Source of the DNA: a virus
Lineage: Duplodnaviria; Caudoviricetes
IMG/VR virus record: IMGVR_UViG_3300027872_000009
Location: 1-53,032 of that record
Length of the DNA: 53,032 bases
Strand: one strand, 5' to 3'
Shown: positions 34,759 through 43,944 of the stretch, piece after piece
How positions within the stretch are numbered: position 1 is the stretch's first letter
Layout: each line of letters starts with the position of its first letter
The notes under the pieces: model-generated
The model's database searches: none
Seen by the model: only the letters and a program-made list of their open reading frames with translations
Told to the model about the DNA's origin: nothing
Position numbers and translations under genes: made by a program

Positions 34759-37356
34759 GTGACAATTCTGGATCAACGCGATCTGATCGGAGACGCTTCC
34801 TCTGACTCTGCCGCATGGGTGGACGAAGGCGGCGGCACCGCGCCGACGACCTACACCCTGTCGGCCCCGCCCGGCGTGACAACCGTCATATCGGACAAGG
34901 TTTCGAACCAGCTTGACGGGATGCTCTACAATGACGCCACGCCAGCCGGCGGGGCCTATGCTGATGGCGACACCATCTTTATCTGGTGGAATGCCATTTT
35001 TGGTTCGTTCAACACGGTAGCAAACGGCGGCGTCAGGATGAAGTTTGCCGGGGCAACCCGGACGGACTTTTTCGCGGTCACTATCGGCGGGTCGGACAGC
35101 GGCAAATCCGGCTGGCAATTAACCGCGGTGAATATCGGCAAGGCGCGGGCCAACCCCGATTTTGTTGGTGGCACGCCACCGGCCGCCGCCAGTATCGAAC
35201 ACGTCGGCATCCTGTGGGATGTCACGGCGAACGTCGGCGGCAACAATGACAATTGCGCCATCGGCAATATCTACAGGCAGACCGCCGATCAGCGCACCTA
35301 TCGTATCGATGCCGGCACGGATGGAACGCCGATCACATGGCAAGACGTTGCCGATCAAGTTTTGACCGACGGAACCGGTATCGTACAGGTGGACAGTAAC
35401 GGCGTGTTCCGGCTTGCCGGGTCGTTCGCGTGGGGAACGTCGACACCTTCCAGTGCGGTCGACATGACATTTGTCGATGCTGGCGTTGTTCTGGCTTTCG
35501 AGGATTTCCCGTTCATCGAAGACAGTTTCTACCAGTTCGAAATGGACCTCGCCGCATCCTATACCGGCGATGCCCGGATCACGGCAGGAGCCAAGAGCGG
35601 GGCCGGTGCGGCGGCCGTCGGCGTCAACGGCTGGACGATCCTTACCGGCGGGCCGAAATGGCGATGGATCATGGAGGATGCCGACCAAACCGACGTGCAA
35701 CTCTATGGTTGTGCGTTCTCCGGTGCGGGCGATTGTCTCCTTGACGACCCGGCCGTCGAGTGTGTCTCAAATACGTGGATCGGCTGCGGCACTGTCGAAG
35801 TGACAGGCAACAGCGTCGCCGCGTCGATGCCGCGATGGGTGAGGAATTTCTTTTCCGCCTGTCCGGGTCCAAGGGCGCAGATCGTATGGACAAACGCCGT
35901 TTCGCCAAATGCCGACGGCTTCCAGTTCAACACGTTCGCGAACATGCTCTGGTTCGGCATGGAAATCGGTTCGGCGATGACCGGGTCGCTGACGTTCGAA
36001 CTTCGAGACAATGCCTTCACGAACAACGGCACAAACAGGGACATACTCGCGAGTAATGACGTTGGCGACCTGACCATAAATTCCGACGCATCGCCGACGC
36101 CACAGGGAACAAACGGAACGACGATCAACATCGCCATGGTCGGAACGGTCGACCGGTTCATCTACACGGTCGTTACCTATGAGGACGTGAGCAACACAGA
36201 CGGGGCCGACCAGAGCGCGTTCGGCAATCCGCTTGTGACGCAGTTAACGGCAAGCCTGTCGGCCGATGACGATACCTTTGCGGTCGCTGCGGCCGTACCC
36301 TTCGGGGCGTTGACCTATACCGGCGCAAGCGACCAATACACGGACGACCTTTTGTTCGAAAATATCGTCGGCGGGCTGGTGGCAAGGCTTGGCCTTGACG
36401 AAGTGACGCCCGGCGCGGCGACCCGTACCGGCTTCCCGGTCCACGATGGAACGGAAACCGAAGGCGTACAGGCGATTGTCAACGTCAACGAGTTCGCTAC
36501 CAGTACGCCGGTCGGCAAGATCGACCCGGCGTTCCGTCCATGGGCCGAGGTCGTGGCCGGGATTTCCGCCACCTTCGGTTATGGCGCGGCACTGGCCGCC
36601 GTTCACGCGAATACCAAATGTTTTGTCATCGTGATTGCCCTCGACGCGGCGACGGCGGCCGATACGGCTATCAGCGCGATCGACATCGACACGGGCGCGA
36701 GCGTGCAAGCGCTCACTTCGCGGATCGTTGAGCAAGACGACAACATCGGCGGGGCGGGGAACAGTCTTGAACTGTCGATCTTCGATCTGCACGAAGCGGT
36801 CGACACGACCGAACAGGGTGGGACGCTGTTGATCCAAGCCGGCAGCGTTGCAACGCTAATCCATGTTGCCGACGATCTTGGGGTCGATCTGGAAAATGCG
36901 ATTGTTTTGCTTGAAGCCGCCGACGCTGCCGGCGATCTGCCATTCGACGATACCGTGACCATCACGCACGTAACGACGCTGGCGACCGTCGCACATACCG
37001 GACACGACATGATTGCCGGCGACAAGGTGGTGATCCGAAAGGCGGATCAAAATCCTTACAATGGCACGTTCGCGATTTCCAACATTTCGGCAAACGCTTA
37101 CGACTACACCATGAACAGCGACCCCGGTGAAAATGCTACCGGTACGATCAAGGCGACCGGGGCAGTCTTGCAAGGCCTCACGGACGCGAACGGGGATATC
37201 ACCACGTCGCGTTCTTGGGGCAGCAATCAGAACGTGCGAGGATATGTCCGCAAGTCGACCACGTCGCCGCGCTTCAAGACCTTTGATCTGTCGGGCAACA
37301 CAATTTCATCGGCCGACGGGTTGCCAATTAATGTGAGGATGCAATTGAATGAATAA
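34759..37356 (+). CDS. Large fibre-like virion protein (865 aa)
   Basis: Beta-helix-like middle; HTGH...GDKVVI...YNGTF.I module common in tail fibres; C-terminal GLTDANG. Confidence 0.65.
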   Translation: MTILDQRDLIGDASSDSAAWVDEGGGTAPTTYTLSAPPGVTTVISDKVSNQLDGMLYNDATPAGGAYADGDTIFIWWNAIFGSFNTVANGGVRMKFAGATRTDFFAVTIGGSDSGKSGWQLTAVNIGKARANPDFVGGTPPAAASIEHVGILWDVTANVGGNNDNCAIGNIYRQTADQRTYRIDAGTDGTPITWQDVADQVLTDGTGIVQVDSNGVFRLAGSFAWGTSTPSSAVDMTFVDAGVVLAFEDFPFIEDSFYQFEMDLAASYTGDARITAGAKSGAGAAAVGVNGWTILTGGPKWRWIMEDADQTDVQLYGCAFSGAGDCLLDDPAVECVSNTWIGCGTVEVTGNSVAASMPRWVRNFFSACPGPRAQIVWTNAVSPNADGFQFNTFANMLWFGMEIGSAMTGSLTFELRDNAFTNNGTNRDILASNDVGDLTINSDASPTPQGTNGTTINIAMVGTVDRFIYTVVTYEDVSNTDGADQSAFGNPLVTQLTASLSADDDTFAVAAAVPFGALTYTGASDQYTDDLLFENIVGGLVARLGLDEVTPGAATRTGFPVHDGTETEGVQAIVNVNEFATSTPVGKIDPAFRPWAEVVAGISATFGYGAALAAVHANTKCFVIVIALDAATAADTAISAIDIDTGASVQALTSRIVEQDDNIGGAGNSLELSIFDLHEAVDTTEQGGTLLIQAGSVATLIHVADDLGVDLENAIVLLEAADAAGDLPFDDTVTITHVTTLATVAHTGHDMIAGDKVVIRKADQNPYNGTFAISNISANAYDYTMNSDPGENATGTIKATGAVLQGLTDANGDITTSRSWGSNQNVRGYVRKSTTSPRFKTFDLSGNTISSADGLPINVRMQLNE

Positions 37357-37744
37357 AATTCAAGCCATCAACGGGCAGGACAATTACGTCGGGGCCGGCT
37401 TCCACCGGTTGGGCAAGGGGCTGGTTCACAAGAAAGCGCCGAAAATCAAATGGGGCATTGAATACGTTGCATGGCCGCCGGAGCGAAAAATATCGTACCT
37501 TGAGAAGCTGGCCGCGTCCATGAACCATGCGGCATTTCTGATCCAGAACGAACGCAATGATATTATGGAATTGTTGATCAAAAAAGAACAGCAGATCGTC
37601 TCGATGAAAAAGGCGCTTGGCCAAAACAATACGATGATCCAAGAGCAAATTACGGCCATGAATGCCGAACGGCAGAAATACAATGCGGCGATAGTGGCGC
37701 TCAAGGCGGAACTTCGAGAGGCCGGGAATGGCGATCACGGTTGA
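37349..37744 (+). CDS. Coiled-coil hypothetical protein
   Basis: Heptad pattern; coupled to neighbours. Confidence 0.6.
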   Translation: MNKIQAINGQDNYVGAGFHRLGKGLVHKKAPKIKWGIEYVAWPPERKISYLEKLAASMNHAAFLIQNERNDIMELLIKKEQQIVSMKKALGQNNTMIQEQITAMNAERQKYNAAIVALKAELREAGNGDHG

Positions 37745-38285
37745 ATGGGGAACGAAGGTCATATCGATACCGCAAGCCGACCTGACGCTTGTTTCGGGAT
37801 CGTTGTATGAACTGGACACACAGACGCAATTCCGAGTTCCGCTCAACGCGCTTATGGCGAGCGAAGAGGGCATCCCTTTCGACACGCCGCTGGATCACAA
37901 CAGCGAATACACCGTCGCCGGCGTCACCTATGCCCGCAAGATCGAGGTTATCAACGGGTACTCCGTGACGTTCACGCCCGACGCTCAATATTCCGTTCGG
38001 CTGGCCGGTTCGAACAACAACCTGTTTGACGTTGAAAACGGCATCCTTAACCAAAACCAAGTTTCTGTGATTGGCAATAATTCGGCCGGTTTGATTGTCG
38101 TCACGTCCGGGTCGGGGTTGTCGGTTGCACAGGCGGCGCAGTTGAAGGAACTCTGGCAGCTACAGGGCCTTGAACTTGGAAACGCGATGACGGTCACGCC
38201 GACACAGCGCAAGGTGGCCGACGACGCAATCGATCAGGCCATATCGGGAGACGGCGACACGACGACGACCGTCACGCGGCAATGA
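37728..38285 (+). CDS. Putative virion structural protein
   Basis: Beta-rich; AGVTYAR..E.INGY.V.F and NQVS...NSAGL. Confidence 0.6.
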   Translation: MAITVEWGTKVISIPQADLTLVSGSLYELDTQTQFRVPLNALMASEEGIPFDTPLDHNSEYTVAGVTYARKIEVINGYSVTFTPDAQYSVRLAGSNNNLFDVENGILNQNQVSVIGNNSAGLIVVTSGSGLSVAQAAQLKELWQLQGLELGNAMTVTPTQRKVADDAIDQAISGDGDTTTTVTRQ

Positions 38286-38746
38286 TCAATCCGCTCACCG
38301 TTGCATCGGACGGATATCTGTCGCCGAACGGTCTGGTTTCATTGACCATCGCGAGTCGCGGCTACCTGTCGGCCGTCGCCGCCCCGATACCTCCGGGCCC
38401 CTCCGGCGGCGGTGGTGCTGGTGGCGTTACTCGCCGGCGCAAAGGACAGGCCCCGGTCACGGTTGCCAAGCGGATCACGCGCGAGGAACTTCAGGCCAAG
38501 GCAATCGAACTTGCGGACCTTGAAAAACAGATCAGCGCGAAAACCATCAAAACCGTGATTCGCAAGGTGGAACTGGGCAGACTGGACCTTTTAGCGCTGA
38601 AACAGGCAATTGCGAGGGCCAGAGACATAGCACCAGCGACCGTTCGCAAACTCCCGCTTGTCATTGTGCCGGCAGATATTACGTTGCCCCTCGCGGCTCC
38701 TGTGAGCGACCTGAATTTGCGTTTGCTCTTGCTGGCGGGATACTGA
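38282..38746 (+). CDS. Hypothetical protein with Pro/Gly linker
   Basis: ASDGYL/ASRGYL repeat and PPGPSGGGGAGG; coupled. Confidence 0.55.
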   Translation: MINPLTVASDGYLSPNGLVSLTIASRGYLSAVAAPIPPGPSGGGGAGGVTRRRKGQAPVTVAKRITREELQAKAIELADLEKQISAKTIKTVIRKVELGRLDLLALKQAIARARDIAPATVRKLPLVIVPADITLPLAAPVSDLNLRLLLLAGY

Positions 38747-40479
38747 TGGCGCTCAACGACGATATTCTTGAACGGGCGATCGGCCATGAAATCGGCTTGC
38801 GCCGGCATTCGAGCAAGCTGCTAAACAACTACACGAAGATCCTCCAACAATCCGAAACGCGGCTCATAAACGAGATAGCGCGGCGCGGCATAGGCGATGT
38901 CAGTTTCACAAGCCGCCGTCTGGACCTTATGTTGAAGTCCGTACAGACCCTGATGCACGACACCTATCTGGCGGCGAACGGCCAACTAAATTCCAGCCTG
39001 CGGGATATGGCCGGCAACGAGGTCAATTTCCAAACTGAAATGCTCAAGCGGTTCCCGCCGGTGAGTCTGGATATCGTGTCACCTACCAGCCAGCAAGTTC
39101 ATGCGGCGGCTCGAGGCCGGCCGTTTTCAGGCCGCGTCCTCAAGGACTGGTACAAGGATATCGACACCAGCGCCTTCAAGCGCGTCAAGGAAGAACTGAA
39201 ACAGAGCTTCGTGGAAGGGCGAACCACGGATCAAATCGTCCGGTCGATCCGGGGAACGGCGGCGCAGAATTTCAAGAACGGCATCCTTGAAATCAACCGG
39301 CGCGGCGCGCGGACGATGGTCAGGACGGTGACAAATTTCTACGCCACCGTAGCAAGGGAAGAGACGTTTCGCGCTAACAGGAAGGTCCTCAAGGGCGTCC
39401 AGTGGCACGCTACCTTGGACAACCGGACATCGGCGATCTGCCGGGGCCGTGACGGCATCATGTACCCGGTCGACAGCGGCCCTCGCCCGCCGGCGCATCC
39501 CAATTGCCGATCGACCATGATACCGATCACAAAATCGTGGAAAGAACTAGGTATCAATCTCAAGGAAGCGCCGCGCGGTACGCGGTCGTCGATGAATGGC
39601 GCTGTACCGGGCAAGCTGAATTACAACGATTGGCTCAAGCAACAGTCGGTCGCATTTCAGGACGACGTACTCGGCAAAACCAAGGCACAGCTATGGCGCA
39701 AGGGCGGCGTGCCGTTGAAGCGGTTTGTCGATCTGAAAACCGGGCGGGAATATTCGCTGTCGGAACTGCGGGCCAACGATGCGGCGTCATGGCAAAAAGC
39801 GTTCGGCGGCGGTACGGCCACACCGGGTCCGAAACCCAAGCCGAAGCCCAAGCCCAAGCCGGTCGAATATGAGCGTCTGGACGTCGATCCGAAGGGCGAC
39901 CTTCCGACACCCTTGGAGGGGCACGAAGTCGTAAAGAAAATGGAAACGCTTATGAAGGAGTCGATCGTTGACCGGGGCGAACTTGCCCGGCGTTTGACCT
40001 TCGAGGAAGCACAGGCATTAAGTCGCTATACGGGGTCAGGTTACAGGGAAATAAATGGATATCTTAGAAAGGCAACGAAGCGTACCGGGGCCGAAATCAC
40101 GGAAATTCAACCCGTTGTTGATCTGCTCGACGACATTTTTGAAGCAACGTCGCTTTCGAAAAATGTTAAAGCGTTTCGAGGCATTTCTACAAACGGCTGG
40201 AAAAGGTTTAACGATGGGTATAAGGTGGGGGATACTTGGATCGACAAAGGATTTACAAGTGCATCCGTGCGAGAACAAGTTGGCAAGAACTTTGGACAAG
40301 GCCCCATGCTCGAATTTCTTGTCCCAAAGGGGGCAAAAGCATTTCCGACCAACGGCCTGTCCAGCCATGTTAGTGAAACGGAGTTACTTTTTCACCGGGG
40401 CCTCGAATGGGTTGTCAAGAGCATTGACCCGACCGGAGTCGGCGGGTTGTATCCCCGCGTGGTTTTGGAGTTGAGATAA
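38746..40479 (+). CDS. MuF (SPP1 gp7-like) minor head protein fused to a C-terminal ADP-ribosyltransferase domain
   Basis: MuF: WHATLDNRTSAICRGRDG and PPAHPNCRS. (PK)n linker. ART: YT..GYREINGYLR, FRG, GFTSAS and ETELL (R-S-E triad). Confidence 0.88.
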   Translation: MALNDDILERAIGHEIGLRRHSSKLLNNYTKILQQSETRLINEIARRGIGDVSFTSRRLDLMLKSVQTLMHDTYLAANGQLNSSLRDMAGNEVNFQTEMLKRFPPVSLDIVSPTSQQVHAAARGRPFSGRVLKDWYKDIDTSAFKRVKEELKQSFVEGRTTDQIVRSIRGTAAQNFKNGILEINRRGARTMVRTVTNFYATVAREETFRANRKVLKGVQWHATLDNRTSAICRGRDGIMYPVDSGPRPPAHPNCRSTMIPITKSWKELGINLKEAPRGTRSSMNGAVPGKLNYNDWLKQQSVAFQDDVLGKTKAQLWRKGGVPLKRFVDLKTGREYSLSELRANDAASWQKAFGGGTATPGPKPKPKPKPKPVEYERLDVDPKGDLPTPLEGHEVVKKMETLMKESIVDRGELARRLTFEEAQALSRYTGSGYREINGYLRKATKRTGAEITEIQPVVDLLDDIFEATSLSKNVKAFRGISTNGWKRFNDGYKVGDTWIDKGFTSASVREQVGKNFGQGPMLEFLVPKGAKAFPTNGLSSHVSETELLFHRGLEWVVKSIDPTGVGGLYPRVVLELR

Positions 40480-40610
40480 TGGCCAAGAAACCCAAATTCG
40501 ACCGAAGCGACAAGTTCGTTTACAGCGAAGCGGATATCGATGCGTTGATCAAAAACCCGACCGACGCCGAACGGAAGGCCGCACAGCCGGTTCCCAAGAA
40601 ACCCGCCTGA
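40479..40610 (+). CDS. 43-aa candidate immunity protein, not in the ORF track
   Basis: MAKKPKFDRSDKFVYSEADIDALIKNPTDAERKAAQPVPKKPA; TAATG-coupled to the toxin; GGAG SD. Confidence 0.55.
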   Translation: MAKKPKFDRSDKFVYSEADIDALIKNPTDAERKAAQPVPKKPA

Positions 40611-40611
40611 C

Positions 40612-40640
40612 TTGCCAAGCCGGCCAGTTTTCCTATATAA
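40612..40640 (+). promoter_or_regulatory. Rightward promoter with operator
   Basis: TTGCCA-16nt-TATATA; TTGCCA-N3-CGGCCA at 40612-40626. Confidence 0.6.
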
Positions 40641-40649
40641 CGCCCATTA

Positions 40650-40814
40650 GACGGTAAGAGAAACTCGCCCCGTCCGGTAGTACGGAATTTAGGCTTGGTG
40701 TTTTTCTTGGCAACTTCGACCGGGGAGCCGTTTGACGGTAAGAGGGTGGGGCCGCGCCGGTCTAGCGGCTTGGCTGCGGTCTGCCTTCTTGGTAATTCCG
40801 ACCGGGGAGCCGTC
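40650..40814 (+). ncRNA. Tandem pair of structured RNA-like units (family not recognised)
   Basis: Units 40650-40732 and 40734-40814 share GACGGTAAGAG ... TTCTTGGYAAYTYCGACCGGGGAGCCGTY around different sequences that both fold as hairpins; G-U pairs favour the + strand. Confidence 0.6.
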
Positions 40815-40835
40815 CTGTCATAAGGAGTAAACGGC

Positions 40836-40973
40836 ATGGACATCTTGATCCAAGCCTTTGTCTTTTTCACGGTACTTGCCCTTGCCAACGGCGCTTTCGA
40901 ATATGGCTTCCAGAGTTGGTTGATCCGGCGCGAGATTGCCGAGCGGCTGGAGGCTATGCCATGCACCCGCTAG
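40836..40973 (+). CDS. Small membrane protein (45 aa), not in the ORF track
   Basis: TAAGGAG SD; MDILIQAFVFFTVLALANGAFEYGF. Confidence 0.55.
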   Translation: MDILIQAFVFFTVLALANGAFEYGFQSWLIRREIAERLEAMPCTR

Positions 40974-41173
40974 AGCAAAAGGCCCTTGATGCCCTTTGTC
41001 CGCGAGACAGGCGCATTCGCGATGCAATTGTTACAGAACTTGATCGCCAATATCAGGAAGTGAAAATGGGGGCTTGGGTTGGTGACGACCTTGGGACGGC
41101 CATAAGCGTTGACGGTGAAATTGATTTGATGGAATTAGTCGCTGCGATTGTTAAAGGCATTAACGCAGCATGA
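40961..41173 (+). CDS. Hypothetical protein
   Basis: GGAGG SD; coupled to the methyltransferase. Confidence 0.55.
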   Translation: MHPLEQKALDALCPRDRRIRDAIVTELDRQYQEVKMGAWVGDDLGTAISVDGEIDLMELVAAIVKGINAA

Positions 41174-41733
41174 AACCCTTTGAACAACGCGCCGAGGCCA
41201 TCCTCCGGCGGGTCAGGCCGAAAATGATCGTTGCCGAAGTCGGCGTTTTCCATGGCCAGCTATCGCGAATATTGCTCAACGGCGGCCTCTATGTTTTTAT
41301 GATCGACAATTGGCTTTCCGGTGAAGCACAAAGCGACCGCTACAGGGCGACGGGTGACTTCCATGGAACGCTGTCAGTCGAGGCCGTCGAGGCTGCCGAA
41401 AAGTCTGCCAAGGCGGTTGCGAGGCCATACGGTTCTTTTGCACAAATTTACAAGGGAAATTCCAATACGATTGCTCGCAGTTTCCCCGATAAAATGTTCG
41501 ACATGGTATTTCTCGATGCCGACCACAGCTACGATGGCGTCAAGGAGGATATCCACGAATGGATGCCCAAGGTGAAGCCGGGCGGGTGGCTCGGCGGACA
41601 CGATTATGGCGAGCCGCCGCCGGGCTTTAACGTCGGCATGAACTTCGGCGTCACGGCGGCGGTCGAAGAAATGATTGCGTCTTGGTACGTGATCGAAACT
41701 GATCTGAATATGACATGGTTCGCGCGGCTCTAA
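41170..41733 (+). CDS. Class I SAM methyltransferase (Methyltransf_24-like)
   Basis: AEVGVFHG and FDMVFLDADHSYDGVKEDI..W.PKVKPGGWLGGHDY. Confidence 0.9.
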   Translation: MKPFEQRAEAILRRVRPKMIVAEVGVFHGQLSRILLNGGLYVFMIDNWLSGEAQSDRYRATGDFHGTLSVEAVEAAEKSAKAVARPYGSFAQIYKGNSNTIARSFPDKMFDMVFLDADHSYDGVKEDIHEWMPKVKPGGWLGGHDYGEPPPGFNVGMNFGVTAAVEEMIASWYVIETDLNMTWFARL

Positions 41734-41865
41734 AATTACCGACCTACAAGCAGATCACGCTTGAACAGCAGCACGGATTTCTGTTGCGAGAAATCGCGAT
41801 TATGTGGGGTATCGACTTCAACACCATCTGCTACATTGTCCTGAAAGCGATAAGGAAAAAGCCCG

Positions 41866-42387
41866 ATGAGACACCCGACGGCATACATACACCCGATGGC
41901 CTGCGTCGATGATTCCATAAAGGACATCGGACCCGGTACGAAGATATGGCAATTTGCCTCGGTAATCCGAGGTTCGATAATTGGCGAACGTAGCGTCATT
42001 GGAAATTGCGCTATCGTGGACGCTTCCAGAATTGCCGATAACGTCCGTATCCAGCCGGGGGCGGTTATCTTTCCCGGCGCGATGATATGGCAGGACGTGT
42101 TTGTCGGGCCGAACGTGGTCCTCTGCAATGACTTCTGGCCAAGCGTCGACAAGGATGGCTGGAACTACGAAGCATTGCTCAACGGCGACCTGACATCGAT
42201 CCGGATTTATCCGGGTGCCAGCATCTTTGCCGGTGCAAAAATAATGCCGGGGATCACGATCGGCGAGGGGGCGCGCGTAGCGGCCAATGCGATTGTCAAG
42301 CAGGACGTACCGGACAATTGCCTCTATGGCCGTGACGGGTCCATTGAGGCCATCAGAGGCCAGCCCCGACGGCAGCGGACGTGCTGA
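41866..42387 (+). CDS. Hexapeptide-repeat acetyltransferase (sugar N/O-acetyltransferase-like)
   Basis: IGPGTKIWQF, VFVGPNVVLCND and GASIFAGAKIMPGITIGEGARVAANAIVKQDVP. Confidence 0.9.
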   Translation: MRHPTAYIHPMACVDDSIKDIGPGTKIWQFASVIRGSIIGERSVIGNCAIVDASRIADNVRIQPGAVIFPGAMIWQDVFVGPNVVLCNDFWPSVDKDGWNYEALLNGDLTSIRIYPGASIFAGAKIMPGITIGEGARVAANAIVKQDVPDNCLYGRDGSIEAIRGQPRRQRTC

Positions 42388-42388
42388 C

Positions 42389-42559
42389 ATGACCGACACC
42401 GCCCGTTGCACCAGTATAGGCCGCTGCCAAAACGAAATCGTCCGGCTGCGATGGTTCCTGAATCGGATAGCAAAGCTGCCGCCCGGCTCGCGTGGTAACA
42501 AATCGAGGAAGTTGGCAAACGCGGCCCTGTCTGGAAAATCAACCGACTTCAAGCCGTGA
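42389..42559 (+). CDS. Hypothetical protein
   Basis: Fills the gap; GTGA-coupled to the glycosyltransferase. Confidence 0.4.
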   Translation: MTDTARCTSIGRCQNEIVRLRWFLNRIAKLPPGSRGNKSRKLANAALSGKSTDFKP

Positions 42560-43206
42560 CCGGCTTCCGTGGCATGTTGACCGTAGCGTGCTGCCTGTGG
42601 ACCGCTAACAGGCACTCACGGCCGTTCTCGCAAATGTATAACGAGTCATGGGTCGAGAAGCTTTATCGCGGCTACGCGCGCAACCTGACGCTCCCGTTCA
42701 AGTTCATCTGTTTTACCGATCACGTCCGGCAATTCAACGAACCGATCGAACAGGTCGGTTTCAAGAGGCTGGATGGCGAGCCGCCGGATTACGGGCAGTT
42801 GATTGAGCCGTTCCGGCTGAATGAGCCGATGATCCTTACCGGGTTGGACACGATCATTACCGGCAACATCGACCACCTGATGTCCTATTGCTTCCTGTCT
42901 GAAAAACTCGCCCTGCCGCGTGACCCAAATCACCTTGAAACGATCTGCAACGGCGTCGCTCTGGTGCCGCGAGGCCACAGCCATATTTATCATAAATGGG
43001 ATGGCAACAACCAATACCTGTCCGACATGGATTGGCTTCGCCGGCAGGACTATGCCGTGCTGGATGATCTGTTCCCCGGCCATGTCGTAAGCTACAAAAG
43101 CCACGTCAAAAAACAGGGTCTTGGCGATGCCCGGATCGTCTACTTCCACGGCAAGGAAAAGGCGCACGAGATTGACGAGCCGTGGATCAAGGACCATTGG
43201 AATTGA
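42556..43206 (+). CDS. GT-A-fold glycosyltransferase
   Basis: VACCLW..Y..WVEKL...RNL..PF.FICFTD, LDTIITGNID and IVYFHGKEK.HE. Confidence 0.8.
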   Translation: MTGFRGMLTVACCLWTANRHSRPFSQMYNESWVEKLYRGYARNLTLPFKFICFTDHVRQFNEPIEQVGFKRLDGEPPDYGQLIEPFRLNEPMILTGLDTIITGNIDHLMSYCFLSEKLALPRDPNHLETICNGVALVPRGHSHIYHKWDGNNQYLSDMDWLRRQDYAVLDDLFPGHVVSYKSHVKKQGLGDARIVYFHGKEKAHEIDEPWIKDHWN

Positions 43207-43218
43207 GAGGATCAGATT

Positions 43219-43383
43219 ATGATGGACAAGATTTGCATGTGGATCGCATGGCGGCTTCCAAAGAAGCTGGTTTATTGGGCGCAAATCCGAGTCACCTGTT
43301 ATGCCACGCAAGGGAAATACTCGTCGCAGGTGGTTCCTGATTTGACGGTGGTCGATGCATTGGAGCGTTGGGAAGGCCGATGA
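43219..43383 (+). CDS. Small hypothetical protein (54 aa), not in the ORF track
   Basis: GAGG SD; MWIAWRLPKKLVYWAQIRV..ATQGKYS. Confidence 0.55.
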   Translation: MMDKICMWIAWRLPKKLVYWAQIRVTCYATQGKYSSQVVPDLTVVDALERWEGR

Positions 43384-43551
43384 ATTATCGCGGATTAATT
43401 ATCGCTGCCGGCTGGCTCTGCATGATGTATCTAATCATCCTGTGGGCAGGCGCATAGGAAAGCCGTCCGAGATTGACGGGCTGTGGACTAACGAGTATTG
43501 GATTTGATACCGGTCCTGCATGGGCCGGGTTTTGTCATCTTGCATTGACGG

Positions 43552-43590
43552 AAAGCCGCCTCGGCCTTGAAAACCGGGGCGGCTTTTTTT
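43552..43590 (+). terminator. Rho-independent terminator (possibly bidirectional)
   Basis: AAAGCCGCCTCGG/CCGGGGCGGCTTT stem plus T7, between convergent genes. Confidence 0.8.
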
Positions 43591-43608
43591 GAGCGGTGCT
43601 GGAAATGA

Positions 43609-43905
43609 TCAGGCGGGCGTCTTGCCAACGGTCGGATCGGACAGGTCGATTTCCTCTTCGCGAGGTTTAGGCGGATCGACAAACATTGAAGCGCCATGTC
43701 CTATGACCTTCCGGCTTAAAACATCGTTGACGTGCCACTCCGGTTCGGCTTGGGCAAAGGCAAAAGAAACTTGCGACAGGGCGGCGCTTTCATCGCGGCC
43801 GGTATGCTCTTGCCGGGCCTGTTCGTCCAGAGTATCTGCGATGCCCTTGAAAATGTCCTTCAGGATTTCGCTGAGTTCGGTCTTGGTGATCAGTTCGGTT
43901 TTCAT
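43609..43905 (-). CDS. Hypothetical protein (inverted island)
   Basis: GGAG SD. Confidence 0.55.
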   Translation of the reverse strand: MKTELITKTELSEILKDIFKGIADTLDEQARQEHTGRDESAALSQVSFAFAQAEPEWHVNDVLSRKVIGHGASMFVDPPKPREEEIDLSDPTVGKTPA

Positions 43906-43944
43906 CTGCTTTCTCCGGTCGGGTTGGAGTTCATCGGGGTATTG

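Noticed and set aside
39829-39861. CCNAAR short tandem repeat as a contingency locus
   Set aside because: Synonymous variation between units and 6-nt periodicity indicate a Pro-Lys protein linker.
40650-40814. Tandem unit as a CRISPR mini-array, tRNA or TPP riboswitch
   Set aside because: Only two units, the variable parts fold into the conserved scaffold, and there are no cas genes. Fragments resemble tRNA-Glu but there is no T-stem or cloverleaf. GGGGAGCC and GGUAAU recall TPP, but the UGAGA and CCUGAU cores are absent.
41715-41912. 65-aa ORF between the methyltransferase and acetyltransferase
   Set aside because: Possible, but overlaps both neighbours and has no convincing SD or motif.
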